Shown here: positions 47,001 through 56,300 of the stretch, one piece after another | Layout: every line of letters begins with the position of its first letter | Position numbering within the stretch: position 1 is the stretch's first letter | Source of the DNA: a virus | Lineage: Duplodnaviria; Caudoviricetes | Reading direction: 5' to 3' (one strand) | DNA length: 64,000 nucleotides | Virus record (IMG/VR): IMGVR_UViG_3300042564_004954 | Coordinates: 4,169-68,168 of that record | Notes under the pieces: model-generated | The model's database searches: none | Seen by the model: the letters and a program-made list of their open reading frames with translations, nothing else | What the model was told of the DNA's origin: nothing | Translations under genes and position numbers: made by a program

Positions 47001-48991
47001 ATAAAATAAATGGCGAATTTGAATTACAAAAATTAAAAGAAATCCTTCCGCTTAGAATGCAGCTTTTGGAAGCTGAAACAAATGAAGAAAGAGAAGCTAT
47101 AATAGATAGAATCATAGCAAAGGAAAAACAAAGACTGCCAGTTCTTCAAAGAATAAAAGCGGAATTTTCTTCTACTACAGAACAAAGAACAGCAGAACTT
47201 GAAGACTCTTTAGTAAATGCTTCTGTTCAGTTTAGAGATAACTTAATTGATGGAATATCACAAGCTATTGAAGGCGGTGGAAGTTTAAAAGATATATTAT
47301 TAAATACCGCTCTTGAGTTTACTAGAGAAATAACAAAAGCATCTCTTAAGAATGCCATTGGTTCAATAGGGAATTTATTCAATTTTGGAGGTGGTGGTGG
47401 AGTCACAACAGCAGCTACTGGTGGTATGATCACTGGTGGATCTGGAACAAAAGATGATGTTCCAGCAATGTTAATGGGTGGAGAATATGTTGTAAATAAA
47501 AAATCTGTACAAAAATACGGACCAGAATTTTTAAGTGCAATTAATAATGGCACTTTAGGTGGATATGCTAAAGGTGGTAGTGTTAAAAAACCAACTCAAA
47601 CTGGAGAAGGTGGATATTTCTTACCTGGTTTATATGGTAATGAATCAATTTCTGGAACTGATGCATTAATGAGTTTTGCAACACAAAATTATACATCTGG
47701 AGCGAGAGATGTTATTTCTTCTGGAAGTAATTTTGCATCAATAGATTTAGAGCAAGAGAGTGTGAGATTAACTCAAAGAGGAAGGGAAAATAGTCCATTA
47801 TTTGCTGCAACCCAATCTGCAAAAGAGCAAGCGTTAGGAATGGTTTTTGAACAAGTTCGCAGGGAAGAAGAGTATCGCAAAGCAATTGAAGAAGCAAAAA
47901 AACAAGAAAAAGCAAGACAAAAAGCTATCCGAAAACAATTATTAATTTCTTCAGCAATGGCTATTGGAAGCGCTGTAGCTGGACCACTTCTTGGAGCTGC
48001 TGGAGCTGGAGCGAAAGCTGCTTTTGGAGCTTCTAAAGCAGCTGGGGGAACTTTATTTACTAACATAGGAGCTGCAGCTAAGGGGGTATTTACTGGTGGT
48101 CAAGTTGGCGGTCAAATGGTTGGTGGACTTGGTAATTTATTTACTGGAGTTGGTAAAACTTTAACTGGTAATTTTGCAGAGGCTGGTAATTTTTTCAAAT
48201 TATCACAAATAGGAGACGCGCAGGGATTAGCAAAAGCTTATAATGCTGGACTTGGTCTTGATGGTAAAACTTCTAATTTTACTAAGTTTTTAGATAAAAG
48301 TGGATACGTTCCTAGAGCTATTGTTGATGAAGTTGGAACAAACGGTGTTGGTGGTAATTGGTTCAGCAGATTAATTGGAGGATTCCGCAATCCATTTGGT
48401 ACGGGATCAAATAAAGATAGTCAAGGATTTGAATCAACAGCTCAAGATATACAACCATCTTTATGGGAAAGAATAACTGGCAAAAGAAATACTATTGATC
48501 CATATTCATTAATAAGTGAAGACGAAATGGCGGAATTAAGAAAAGATCCAGTGCTTGGTTATGGCGTTCAAGATCCAAGATCATGGAAAAGACGAGCAAC
48601 TGGTGGAACAATACCAGAAACTTCTGGAATCGATACCATACCAACCATGCTTTCTGGTGGTGAGTTTATAATGAATCGTGCTGCATCTCAAAATATCGGT
48701 GCTGGTAACTTGCAAGCATTAAATGCTGGAGCAAGCGCTCTTCCAACAGAAGAAAAAACAGAAGAACTTAATGATAAACTTATTTCTAAATTAGATGAAC
48801 TAATACAAGCAAATTCATCAAAAAGTTCAGTTGGCGCAATTAATATAAATGTTGATGGTTCTGGTAAGTCTAACGAATCAAGTTCAGCGGGTCAGTCTGG
48901 AACTGCTAATCAACAACTCGCAAGAAACATTAGAGACATGGTTGTAAAGGTAATTCAAGACGAACAAAGATTAGGAGGATTATTAAGATAA
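41036..48991 (+). CDS. tape measure protein with inserted domains
   Basis: 2651 aa; TP901-like N-terminal region; D.VPAML..GEYVV twice; internal G(F/Y)IPNFA repeats and GPAGSGKST. Confidence 0.88.
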   Translation: MPLQIPVTQTGLEASIQQAMRNAGRNTQINLGTNSRQINALAQPLGRITGQADEFTKSMEAANARVFAFGASVGIINGVSKAFGALVRNTIEVEKSLVEINTVLNRSGDALQDFGNKLFDVAKTTGQTFDTVAKGALELARQGLNTEDTLKRINDALILSRLSGLDAQQSVEGLTAAFNSFKETGITTSQILNKLVVVSQQYSVSERDLIEGLKRSASVADQAGVSFDELVGIITTVQERTARGGAVIGNAFKTIFARIQDTGALQDLSNLGIKVDDLEGKILPATKILQNLGAEFNNLSQLEQADIAKKLGGVYQLSNLLAAVKDLSSEQSKYNDIVKLSAGATNEAYQKNAALNETLASLINKVNLSAQQLGATLGAIGITDSLKGLLSFFNNVLEDIQKILGEESALGTFVQGLAKGIGSVLAGPGLALFGAIIAKLSKDLIGFGVESLKSFFKIGQSAKEIASVEKAIAAALGSNLTLQRQLFALEGNRAAQLKLMTDAIVQQEAVMRRMSATAGSLAGSLYQQGVRSTGGQGLRVPQAAGGYMPAVSQESRDINRGVGGAKAGDKPVVIPNFAFGGGKKGTMVAHTGEYIIPNFAGGGSAIFNRDMVRSMGLPAGAKKIGAAGGFIPNFAKLKELPQQGYRDFNWGSFEEASKAAKDGFVTYNNAQYRISKSQFDRALVVTDKQKKVIDVASILGDDLPTILTPNQSGLSAIYTKKNIFGSGKNAEFKFESFGLQANGKQSIRNDFERKFNEDTIKNLANKTALSYARKIVSSLDSKNPIEPETLEEVDKVKGFIGSVMGAFGGIFDAAVTTGIRAASIDNDKNIENIGGDFDVNARGDARDNIIKLFGPNSIPNNGLADFKINKGKYAVKSMSEKILNSPLFANKLSKSIGVAEAINKATIKASRGYIPNFAKYIYDSDRIAPDKGATLKAVLASQIKKNLIIGPAGSGKSTLAGKMGKFLSGVGDVANASEIDILSGAARAKGGGISKNLEAIISAVNNSGGKVSYLYAKNLDILSRRAGRTVAEEGDLRSKKQLKGTTYAPLNQFDFMGYVKSKSRNFNLVNGAKGFIPNFADPLKEAIDREMSAGVPASQIYVDQNSSLKNSMNPMGLMVANRRDEPAGGMQGISRARKEGANPMLYGAAGGFVPNFQRRVGTGAIPPQSLGGQGSSSNNLEGPKRDLLGVIFAIQTGLTFLNGATSDATSGLGKFTNAIGSIASSASTALLVGQGLSGLAKEGSRAAGILGRLGVAGAVLAGGFELYKQLFIQPTKEGGQAIAKFSDAVNQAGVSIDNLSKSAQQQSLQGAEGYLKRMGFGASTGDDIVGRVYKDPETQKMFANAFRISGISEKDLTEKLVAGGALQKRELTGENGKSIPVFGQGEKMGTAYEYYGEDLDKTRKVLSEITAMPEKMVDGKINPEYEKRIKRILELKGEQAQIEKDINEPTENAIRLNTANISLLKQQLENRIAYKNALFEASGAEEYSLELQKEMLSVGEKERTAAGYKLQALQDAKKLTLEQEKATIDVLKNSELINKKLEGAGLGGAIDETKFKEIAGISEEISDLIKQQGGYTQEVENKAQSLLAPIVKNKEQQDLILSLLKESNSEVEKRLTLESKLNALSNLQKATIEAANFATEKRSAAITNEYDQQLKLNELRKTDLDIALEKFKVGKERQKIGGEAGGNLSVDRQIFEQEKLTINAKLKIDQEDLLIQVRKTLSEAAMQVGYKPEELSPISKATSQKEFETIVTAIEDAEKQAQKTKIQQALDEVKLKNNSAILQATTVQTSANYFLQTVKTAADYFRNNPLVRFLGGAAEGAEGAPISSEQQKANQDFEAAQASLRSSTDTAIKLAEDGMRAVDALPKNFSGLFDVYPNAMRESGQAAEEAGISIGNLENALLSAGGSLTTFANLVRGVFTSLPETIAQNKFAMLTATDTQSIIGNAVEARRNDILSQGPASAGTIAQAADATAIYEKELEIKRAITAEDKINGEFELQKLKEILPLRMQLLEAETNEEREAIIDRIIAKEKQRLPVLQRIKAEFSSTTEQRTAELEDSLVNASVQFRDNLIDGISQAIEGGGSLKDILLNTALEFTREITKASLKNAIGSIGNLFNFGGGGGVTTAATGGMITGGSGTKDDVPAMLMGGEYVVNKKSVQKYGPEFLSAINNGTLGGYAKGGSVKKPTQTGEGGYFLPGLYGNESISGTDALMSFATQNYTSGARDVISSGSNFASIDLEQESVRLTQRGRENSPLFAATQSAKEQALGMVFEQVRREEEYRKAIEEAKKQEKARQKAIRKQLLISSAMAIGSAVAGPLLGAAGAGAKAAFGASKAAGGTLFTNIGAAAKGVFTGGQVGGQMVGGLGNLFTGVGKTLTGNFAEAGNFFKLSQIGDAQGLAKAYNAGLGLDGKTSNFTKFLDKSGYVPRAIVDEVGTNGVGGNWFSRLIGGFRNPFGTGSNKDSQGFESTAQDIQPSLWERITGKRNTIDPYSLISEDEMAELRKDPVLGYGVQDPRSWKRRATGGTIPETSGIDTIPTMLSGGEFIMNRAASQNIGAGNLQALNAGASALPTEEKTEELNDKLISKLDELIQANSSKSSVGAININVDGSGKSNESSSAGQSGTANQQLARNIRDMVVKVIQDEQRLGGLLR

Positions 48992-48992
48992 T

Positions 48993-49781
48993 ATGTTTGG
49001 ATCAATTGAAAATTATGAAAATGAATTTTTCGTAAATGGCCAAAAAGTTTTGGGCATAGAGTCAATTGATTTAAATTATTCAAATAATTTTAATGTAGAA
49101 AAATTTCTAGGAACAAGAAAAAATATAACATCAATTAGCGGCCCGACATCGCAAAAAATATCTATAAATAGAAATTTAATTTATAGCGATCCATTATTAT
49201 CTTTTACTGGATCAACTCCATTCAGTGGAAGTATGAATTTTGAAACAAAATCATATGGATTCAATAGCGGATACTTAGATGAATATTCAATAAACTGTGC
49301 GGTTGGTAGCGTACCAAAAATAAATTTAAATGCAACAATATACGACGAATTAACTACTGGAAAAAGTAGTAAAGGGTCTATTGCTAGTCCATCTATTTAT
49401 ATACCAAATCAAGGTTCAATATCTATTGCTTGTGATGGCTCATCTACAAATCGAGTTGTAGGATTTGATTATTCTATAAAAGTATTTAGAAAACCAATTT
49501 ATAGTATTGGCTCAAAATTTGTTAGTCAAGTTTTATCGATGCCAAATATTGAATTTGCAGCTTCTGTTCAAATTGATTTAGATGATTTATTTTTAAGAAG
49601 TGGTTTTGATTTTATTTCTGATAGACAAAATAAAAATCTTTCTTTTTCCATTAAATCTAGAGATTTAACTCAAACATTACAATCTTTAACTATGCCAAAT
49701 GCTTCTCTTGTGGGAGAGTCATTATCAAATAATGCAGATGGTGGAATAAAATTAACACTTAACTATATTGGACATTTATGA
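48993..49781 (+). CDS. tail protein (tube/distal-tail-like)
   Basis: 262 aa; CAVGSVP and RKPIYSIGS resemble the tail tube. Confidence 0.6.
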   Translation: MFGSIENYENEFFVNGQKVLGIESIDLNYSNNFNVEKFLGTRKNITSISGPTSQKISINRNLIYSDPLLSFTGSTPFSGSMNFETKSYGFNSGYLDEYSINCAVGSVPKINLNATIYDELTTGKSSKGSIASPSIYIPNQGSISIACDGSSTNRVVGFDYSIKVFRKPIYSIGSKFVSQVLSMPNIEFAASVQIDLDDLFLRSGFDFISDRQNKNLSFSIKSRDLTQTLQSLTMPNASLVGESLSNNADGGIKLTLNYIGHL

Positions 49782-51346
49782 ATTTTGTAAAAAATAGTAT
49801 AAATTTTACTGCGGGTGGTAAATCTGTAAAAATAGAAAATGATGCAATTGCACCAAATGGAGTTAAAGAAGCAACTAGGTTTTTTTCTCCAGCTAGTGTT
49901 GGTAGTACTACATTTAATACCCCATTAAATCCAATTACTTTTGTTACAGATAAAATATACTGTAGATCTATTTTTGTAAAACCAGTAAGCGATAACCCAG
50001 AGCCTAGATTACTTCCATTTATAATTGGTGGCGAGAATACTCAACATAGATTGGGGATTTTTAATCTTAAAACAAAAATTTTTACGTGGCAATATGCTCA
50101 AGCTGGTGAAGTTGGAACTATATTTCAAGCTAATTATAAAGAATACGATAATGGTTGGATGAGGGTTTGGTGGAATACTAAAAAAACATCAACAAATACT
50201 TTAGATTTAAATAATTACCATATGGGGGGATATGGTGGTGGTAATAATGGATCAATGTGGGTTTGGGGCGCTCAAGTTGAAGAAGTTGCTAATTTATCTA
50301 GTGAGCCAGGTGATTATGAGCCAGTTGGAGTAAAATCTTTATCTACTTTTTATAATCGAGATAGTAATATAAAGTTAAGCCTGGAAGATAAAATTGATCA
50401 ATCAGATTCTTTAGGTGCTTATTACACACCAGTTTATGGGTCAAGAGTAACATTTGAATCTAGATTGAGTTCATATGAAACATCAGATGGGTATTTTAAC
50501 ACAATACCACTTTCTATAAATAATTTAAAAGCAAAGTTTGATTTAAGGTTTGATTTAAATGAATTTGAATCGCAAAGGTTAATTGATTTTATAGAAATGA
50601 AACAAGGAATCAGGGCTTTTGAAATTGATGACCCGACCGATCTTTATAGACCATTGGCTGGTTTTTGTAATGAATATTCAGTTAATCATATTAATAAAAA
50701 TCATTATGAGGTTGCTATAAGTTTTGAGGTAGATCAAGCGCCAAGTTTGTTAAATTGGAAAAATTCATCATTTGTAAATTATGAAATTGGCAATTGGATA
50801 GAAAATACAGATTACAAAAAATATGATATAATTTTTTATGATTTAAAAGATTTTGATACATCTAGCGATGTTATTGGTGTTAATGAAGATGGAATTAATA
50901 AATTAAATAAATTCTACTACGCTTCAAGAGATTTTAATTCATTAATTGGAACAGACACTCAACCAACAGACGTTCTTTCCCCATGGAGACAGGATTTCTT
51001 TTTTGAACCAGATATTGGTTTGCAAAATGATGTAACTATGGCAATTCAAAAAAATGAATTTAAAAATTCTTTTATACAAAGAGTTAAAACCAAAAAAAAT
51101 ATTGGAGCACTTAAATTAAATTATAAATTTACTAATATAACAACTCAAAAAGCAAGGGCAATTTTGCATTTTCTTGAAAATAAAGGAGGCTATAGAAGAT
51201 TTAGATTAGATATGAAATCTATTTATAATAAACCGAAAGTTTTTTATTCGCCATCATGGACTCATACTTGGAAATCTGCAAATTCTCATGATATTGAGGT
51301 TGTATTAATAGAAGATCCATTAGGAATAATATCAAAGAAAAATTAA
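49778..51346 (+). CDS. minor tail protein with carbohydrate-binding-like N-terminal domain
   Basis: NGWMRVW..WGAQVE domain; duplicated FIE.K.G/FLE.KGG motifs. Confidence 0.65.
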   Translation: MNFVKNSINFTAGGKSVKIENDAIAPNGVKEATRFFSPASVGSTTFNTPLNPITFVTDKIYCRSIFVKPVSDNPEPRLLPFIIGGENTQHRLGIFNLKTKIFTWQYAQAGEVGTIFQANYKEYDNGWMRVWWNTKKTSTNTLDLNNYHMGGYGGGNNGSMWVWGAQVEEVANLSSEPGDYEPVGVKSLSTFYNRDSNIKLSLEDKIDQSDSLGAYYTPVYGSRVTFESRLSSYETSDGYFNTIPLSINNLKAKFDLRFDLNEFESQRLIDFIEMKQGIRAFEIDDPTDLYRPLAGFCNEYSVNHINKNHYEVAISFEVDQAPSLLNWKNSSFVNYEIGNWIENTDYKKYDIIFYDLKDFDTSSDVIGVNEDGINKLNKFYYASRDFNSLIGTDTQPTDVLSPWRQDFFFEPDIGLQNDVTMAIQKNEFKNSFIQRVKTKKNIGALKLNYKFTNITTQKARAILHFLENKGGYRRFRLDMKSIYNKPKVFYSPSWTHTWKSANSHDIEVVLIEDPLGIISKKN

Positions 51347-51350
51347 TACT

Positions 51351-53369
51351 ATGCCAAAATCAATATTAAAAAGCAATTCAGCATTCGTTGGTATTGGAAG
51401 TTCACTATCAACTCCAAAAACTAGACAGAGAACTAATATTTTAACTTATAGTGAAGATTTTACTCAATCAATTTGGTCAAAAGGTTCAGTCACGCCAACT
51501 CCTGGCGAGTTGTCTCCAGATGGCAAATCTAACGCCACTTTGCTTTCAGCAACAACCTCAAATTCAAATATTTCTCAACAATTTGCTGGTCTTGCAAATA
51601 CTACTTATACATTTAGCGTATGGGTTAAAGCAGCAGCATCCCCAGCAACATTAACAATTAATTTATATAATAACGGCGGCTCTAATTCAATTGGTCATAC
51701 TACTTTTACAACAACAAATACATGGCAAAGAGTTTCTGTTACTGCAACATATCCATCGAGTGTATCTGAAACAAGAGTGTATATTGGTGCAAATGCGACA
51801 TTTGCCACACCAGAGTCTCTTTATGTATATGGAGCACAACTAGAAGCAGGTTCTTACTCAACAAACTATATAAAAACAACAACTGCCGCAGTTACGGTAA
51901 CTGAAAATATTGATGAATTAAGATTATTTTCACTCACTCAAAATTGTAATTTTGGAGTAGCAAATGATCATTTAAAATTAAAACAAATTGGGTCTGATGA
52001 TTATGCTGTAAATGAGGTTTTTCAAGCGCCAAAAGTTAATTTAACTTTAGATTATTTACATTCTCCATATTTAAATAACGAACTATTGTTGGGTTTTAAT
52101 GGAAGTGGTGATATTTATGAAAATGCTCTTTCTAATTTTAACTTAAAAAGAAATAATTTTTATTTAGTGGTTGATAATAGAGATTTAAAAGAAGGTTTTG
52201 ATGAAGTAAAAAGAATTGATCCATTAAATATTAACTTTAGTGGTTTTAGTATTTTTTCTTTTGGAGATTCTTATCTAACAAATTATTCGCTTAATTTTCA
52301 AATAGGTCAAATCCCATCAGTTAGCACAACTTTTGCTTGTTCTAATATGAAAATAGATACTATCGTTGATTCTGAAAAATTTGAAATAGTCGCTGGGAGT
52401 TTTACATGGAGCGGGGCTAAAACAGACGCAGAGTCAAGGGGTGGAAGATTGGCAATATTAAATACAGAAGAAAAAAATAATAAAGTGCCAACTCAAACTC
52501 AATCGTCACTATGGATTGGAGCAACAGATACTGGAGTAGAGGGAACTTGGAGGTGGATAGATGGAACACTTCTTAATGATGGATATACAAATTGGAGCGC
52601 GTTTGAACCAAATAATGCTGGCGGAGCAGAAAATTATGCTAATAGATATCCAAATGGAAAATGGAATGATTTAGCAAATACATATCCTACGGATGGTTAT
52701 ATAATTGAATATGGAATAACAGAAACTAAAAATCAAATAACCACTCCATCAGTAAAACAGCCTGGTATTTTAAATTTAGCTGATACTTATTTTACTCTTG
52801 CATCTGGGTTTGTTACAGATAATCCAGAGGGAAAAACTGAATTCAATGTTCCAGTAACTTCCCCGATGCATAGTGAATTTATTCTTGATGATTTACAGGT
52901 TGGCGGCATTAAATTAGAGCCTTATAATAAACCACTATTACAATCTCTATCAATAGACATAGATTTATCTAGAAACGATTTATATGGATTAGGCAGTGAT
53001 TATGTATATGATCGAAAATTAAATTATCCAATTAATGCAAAAATCGATATGTCTGTGTTGGTTTCTGGGGTAGATGACGGGTTTATTAGTGGAATTCTAC
53101 AAAATCAACAAGTCTATGGATTTACAATAAATTGTATAAATACTAAAAATTATATAACTGGTTCTTATAAATTTAACAATTGTAGGTTAAGTAATTTTAA
53201 TTATTCAATGCCATTGAATGATGTAATGACTTTTAATGCTTCGTTTGATTGTGCAATTAGAAGCGATGCTGGATTTTTAATGAGGCGGGTAATTGATACT
53301 TTGGGTAATTATTATCAAGATTTTGACGACATTTGGAATAACTTATTTATAAATTGGGAATCCATTTAA
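51351..53369 (+). CDS. tail protein with CBM-like and C-type lectin (EPN/WND) insertions
   Basis: RTNILTYSEDF..YGAQLE; WIGATD.GVEGTWRW, FEPNN, WND. Confidence 0.75.
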   Translation: MPKSILKSNSAFVGIGSSLSTPKTRQRTNILTYSEDFTQSIWSKGSVTPTPGELSPDGKSNATLLSATTSNSNISQQFAGLANTTYTFSVWVKAAASPATLTINLYNNGGSNSIGHTTFTTTNTWQRVSVTATYPSSVSETRVYIGANATFATPESLYVYGAQLEAGSYSTNYIKTTTAAVTVTENIDELRLFSLTQNCNFGVANDHLKLKQIGSDDYAVNEVFQAPKVNLTLDYLHSPYLNNELLLGFNGSGDIYENALSNFNLKRNNFYLVVDNRDLKEGFDEVKRIDPLNINFSGFSIFSFGDSYLTNYSLNFQIGQIPSVSTTFACSNMKIDTIVDSEKFEIVAGSFTWSGAKTDAESRGGRLAILNTEEKNNKVPTQTQSSLWIGATDTGVEGTWRWIDGTLLNDGYTNWSAFEPNNAGGAENYANRYPNGKWNDLANTYPTDGYIIEYGITETKNQITTPSVKQPGILNLADTYFTLASGFVTDNPEGKTEFNVPVTSPMHSEFILDDLQVGGIKLEPYNKPLLQSLSIDIDLSRNDLYGLGSDYVYDRKLNYPINAKIDMSVLVSGVDDGFISGILQNQQVYGFTINCINTKNYITGSYKFNNCRLSNFNYSMPLNDVMTFNASFDCAIRSDAGFLMRRVIDTLGNYYQDFDDIWNNLFINWESI

Positions 53370-53395
53370 AATAAAGTGTAAAAAATAATGAAAAT

Positions 53396-56300
53396 ATGGA
53401 TTTACAGGGGAAAAAGTTAAGTGCGACTTATAAAAATTTATTGTGTAATGGGCCAGATGCGACTCAAACAATAACACTTGGTAATAATGGGGCGGTTCCT
53501 TGGCAAGCAAATGGAATTGTTGTAATTAATGGTACAGCGCAAACAGTGACCACGCCAACAACATTTAACACTTTAACTGTACCTTCTACTGTTAGTTTTA
53601 CTTCAAATGGTTCAATTGTTAAAACTGGGAATCATGCTGTTACATTGACAACTTCTTCAAATTCTAATATAACATTTTCAAGTGCTACAGCTTTTACTTA
53701 TACAGTTCCAAATCCAGGAACAAACGCTTCTTTTGTAATGACAGAAGGAGCGCAAACAATTAATGGAAACAAAACATTTAATGGAGAAATAAAAATATTT
53801 GGAGATACTGAAATAGGATTAACTGGAACAGCAACAAATTTATTTGGAACGGGAGCTAGTACAAATAGATTTGGAGACAATGTTATAACTTCAAATTCAT
53901 TTGGAAATAATGTAACTGGACTTAGTGCAACTAATAGTTTTGGAAATTCGTCTAGATATAATGCTTTTGGTGAAACTTCCAATATAAATCGATTTGGCGT
54001 TCTTGTAACTGGTAGTAATCAATTTGGCTCAGGAGTTAGTGGATCTACTGCATCTAATGGATTTGGCATTGATTTAAGATCTGGTGCTATCAATAATTTT
54101 GGTAAAAATTCTAAAAACTTTTTTGGAGAAAATGGTGAAAATTACTTTTACTCTGGATCATTTGCTGGACCACTTACTTTGCCAGCAACAGTCTCATACA
54201 CTAGTGCTGGACAAATAGTTAAAGCTGGTAATCATACATTAGGCTTAACTACAACAGCTGGGACAACAGGTACATTGCCAACTGGAAATATTACAATTGC
54301 GGCTTTAGAAGGAACTCAAACTTTTGCTGGAGAAAAAACATTCTCAAGCGGAATAAATATTCTTAAAACAACAGATCAATTAGTTTTGGGCAATACAACT
54401 AAATTGACAATTAGTTCAACAGCGCCAGCAAGTAATAGAAGATATATAATTCCAGATGCTGGTAAAGATGTTAATTTCATATTAAGCAGTGGCGCTCAAA
54501 CAATTGAAGGCACTACAACATTTACTTCAACAGTAAATGCTAGTATTACAGGAAATGCTGGTTCGACTACTAATGCTGTATATACGACTGGTGGTCAAAC
54601 AATTAATGGTGTTAAAAACTTTTCGTCTCGTCCAACAGTAAATGGATCTGGTGTATTTTTAAGTGGAGAGGCAGTTCCAGGTGCTTATACAGCATTTAGA
54701 TTATTTTTTGGAAGTGGATTAAGATTGACCAATGGGTCAGCTCCATTTACATGGAATGGAAATCAAGAAAAAACAGTAGAAATTGATACATCTATAATTA
54801 CATCCTTAACTGGAAATCAAACATTAAATGGAATAAAGTCATTCAATGATCCTGTTGTAATTAATACAGGCTCAAACCAACTTCAATTAGGAACAACCAA
54901 TAGATTAACAATTACTACCAGTCAAGCTGCAGCAAGAACCTATACAATTCCAGATGTTGGTGGAAATGCAGATTTTGTAATGACGAGTGGTTCTCAGAAT
55001 ATTACTGGAACTAAAACTTTTGCTAGTCAGCTAATAGTTGCAACAGGTTCAAACCACTTAGTTTTGCGCACTGGAAACGCTGGTAGTAATAGCTTTACAA
55101 TCTCTGCGCCAATTATTTCTGGAAGTAGAATTTATACACTTCCAGATGTTAATGGAAATGCATCTTTTATCATGAGCACTGGCGCTCAAACAATCAATGG
55201 TGGTTTAAATTTTACAACCAGACCAACCGTTAATGGCGTTAATATGTTGTTAAGTGGTGATACTTCAATTTTCACTAGAGTTGAGGCTACAAACTTAGTT
55301 TACAATACAGGTGATCAAATAATTTCTGGAAGAAAAAGATTTAGAAATGCGTCTGTTGTTCCATATGGTCCATTTGAAAATGATATTGATGCTGATTTTA
55401 ATGGATTGCTATCTTCTAGAGAAGTCTATTTTACAAATGATGGTAATACTAGATCAGCAATTGAAATTCCGACATTAGATATGGTATACGAAACTGGCGC
55501 GACAACATTAACGCCAAGAATAGGACCAACTCCATCATTCTCAAGAACACAAATTAATACGAGCGGTAGTTATTTGGCAAGCGATGGATATATTAAATAT
55601 GTAGCGGCAAATCAACCAAGATTTGATCACACATTGAGTAAAAATTTATTTTATGGTCCAGAAAATCTTTCTCAGTGGTGGAGATATCCAGAATATAGCT
55701 CTGGATTTACTGAAAAAATGATGGATTTTAACGTTGAGATAAATCCATTTAAATCAGTAAGAAATGCTACAAAAATTATTGAAATTACTGGTAGTGGTGT
55801 TCCAGCTGGGTATCTTCTTAGAAGAGACATCTCTTTCAATTCTGGTTTTAATTATACAATGTCAGTTTTTGCTAAACCAATAAATAATAATTTTATTGTT
55901 TTAACATTAGCTGGTGGAACTAGGGCTTTTTATAATTTATCTAATGGTTCTATATCTGGAATGGGTGGAAGAACTATAATTTCGTCTGGTATTGATAGTA
56001 GTTATGGTAATGGGTGGTCTCGTTTGTGGCTATCAATTGCATATGATTCGCAAGCAGCTCGTTATGAAAACTTAATAACATCATCAAACTCAACTGGAGC
56101 ATTAAATAAGACAGTCACAACAAGAAGCGATGCATTTTATGTATGGGGTGCGCAGTTAGAAGAAAGTCCAACAGTCACAACATATGATCCTGCATATGGT
56201 AATTGGTTTGAGGATCAAGGGACTTTAGCTGGAACTTATAAATCATTTAGAGCGCCAAAAGGCTTGTTATTAGAAAAAGATTCTAATAATTATATTTTAA

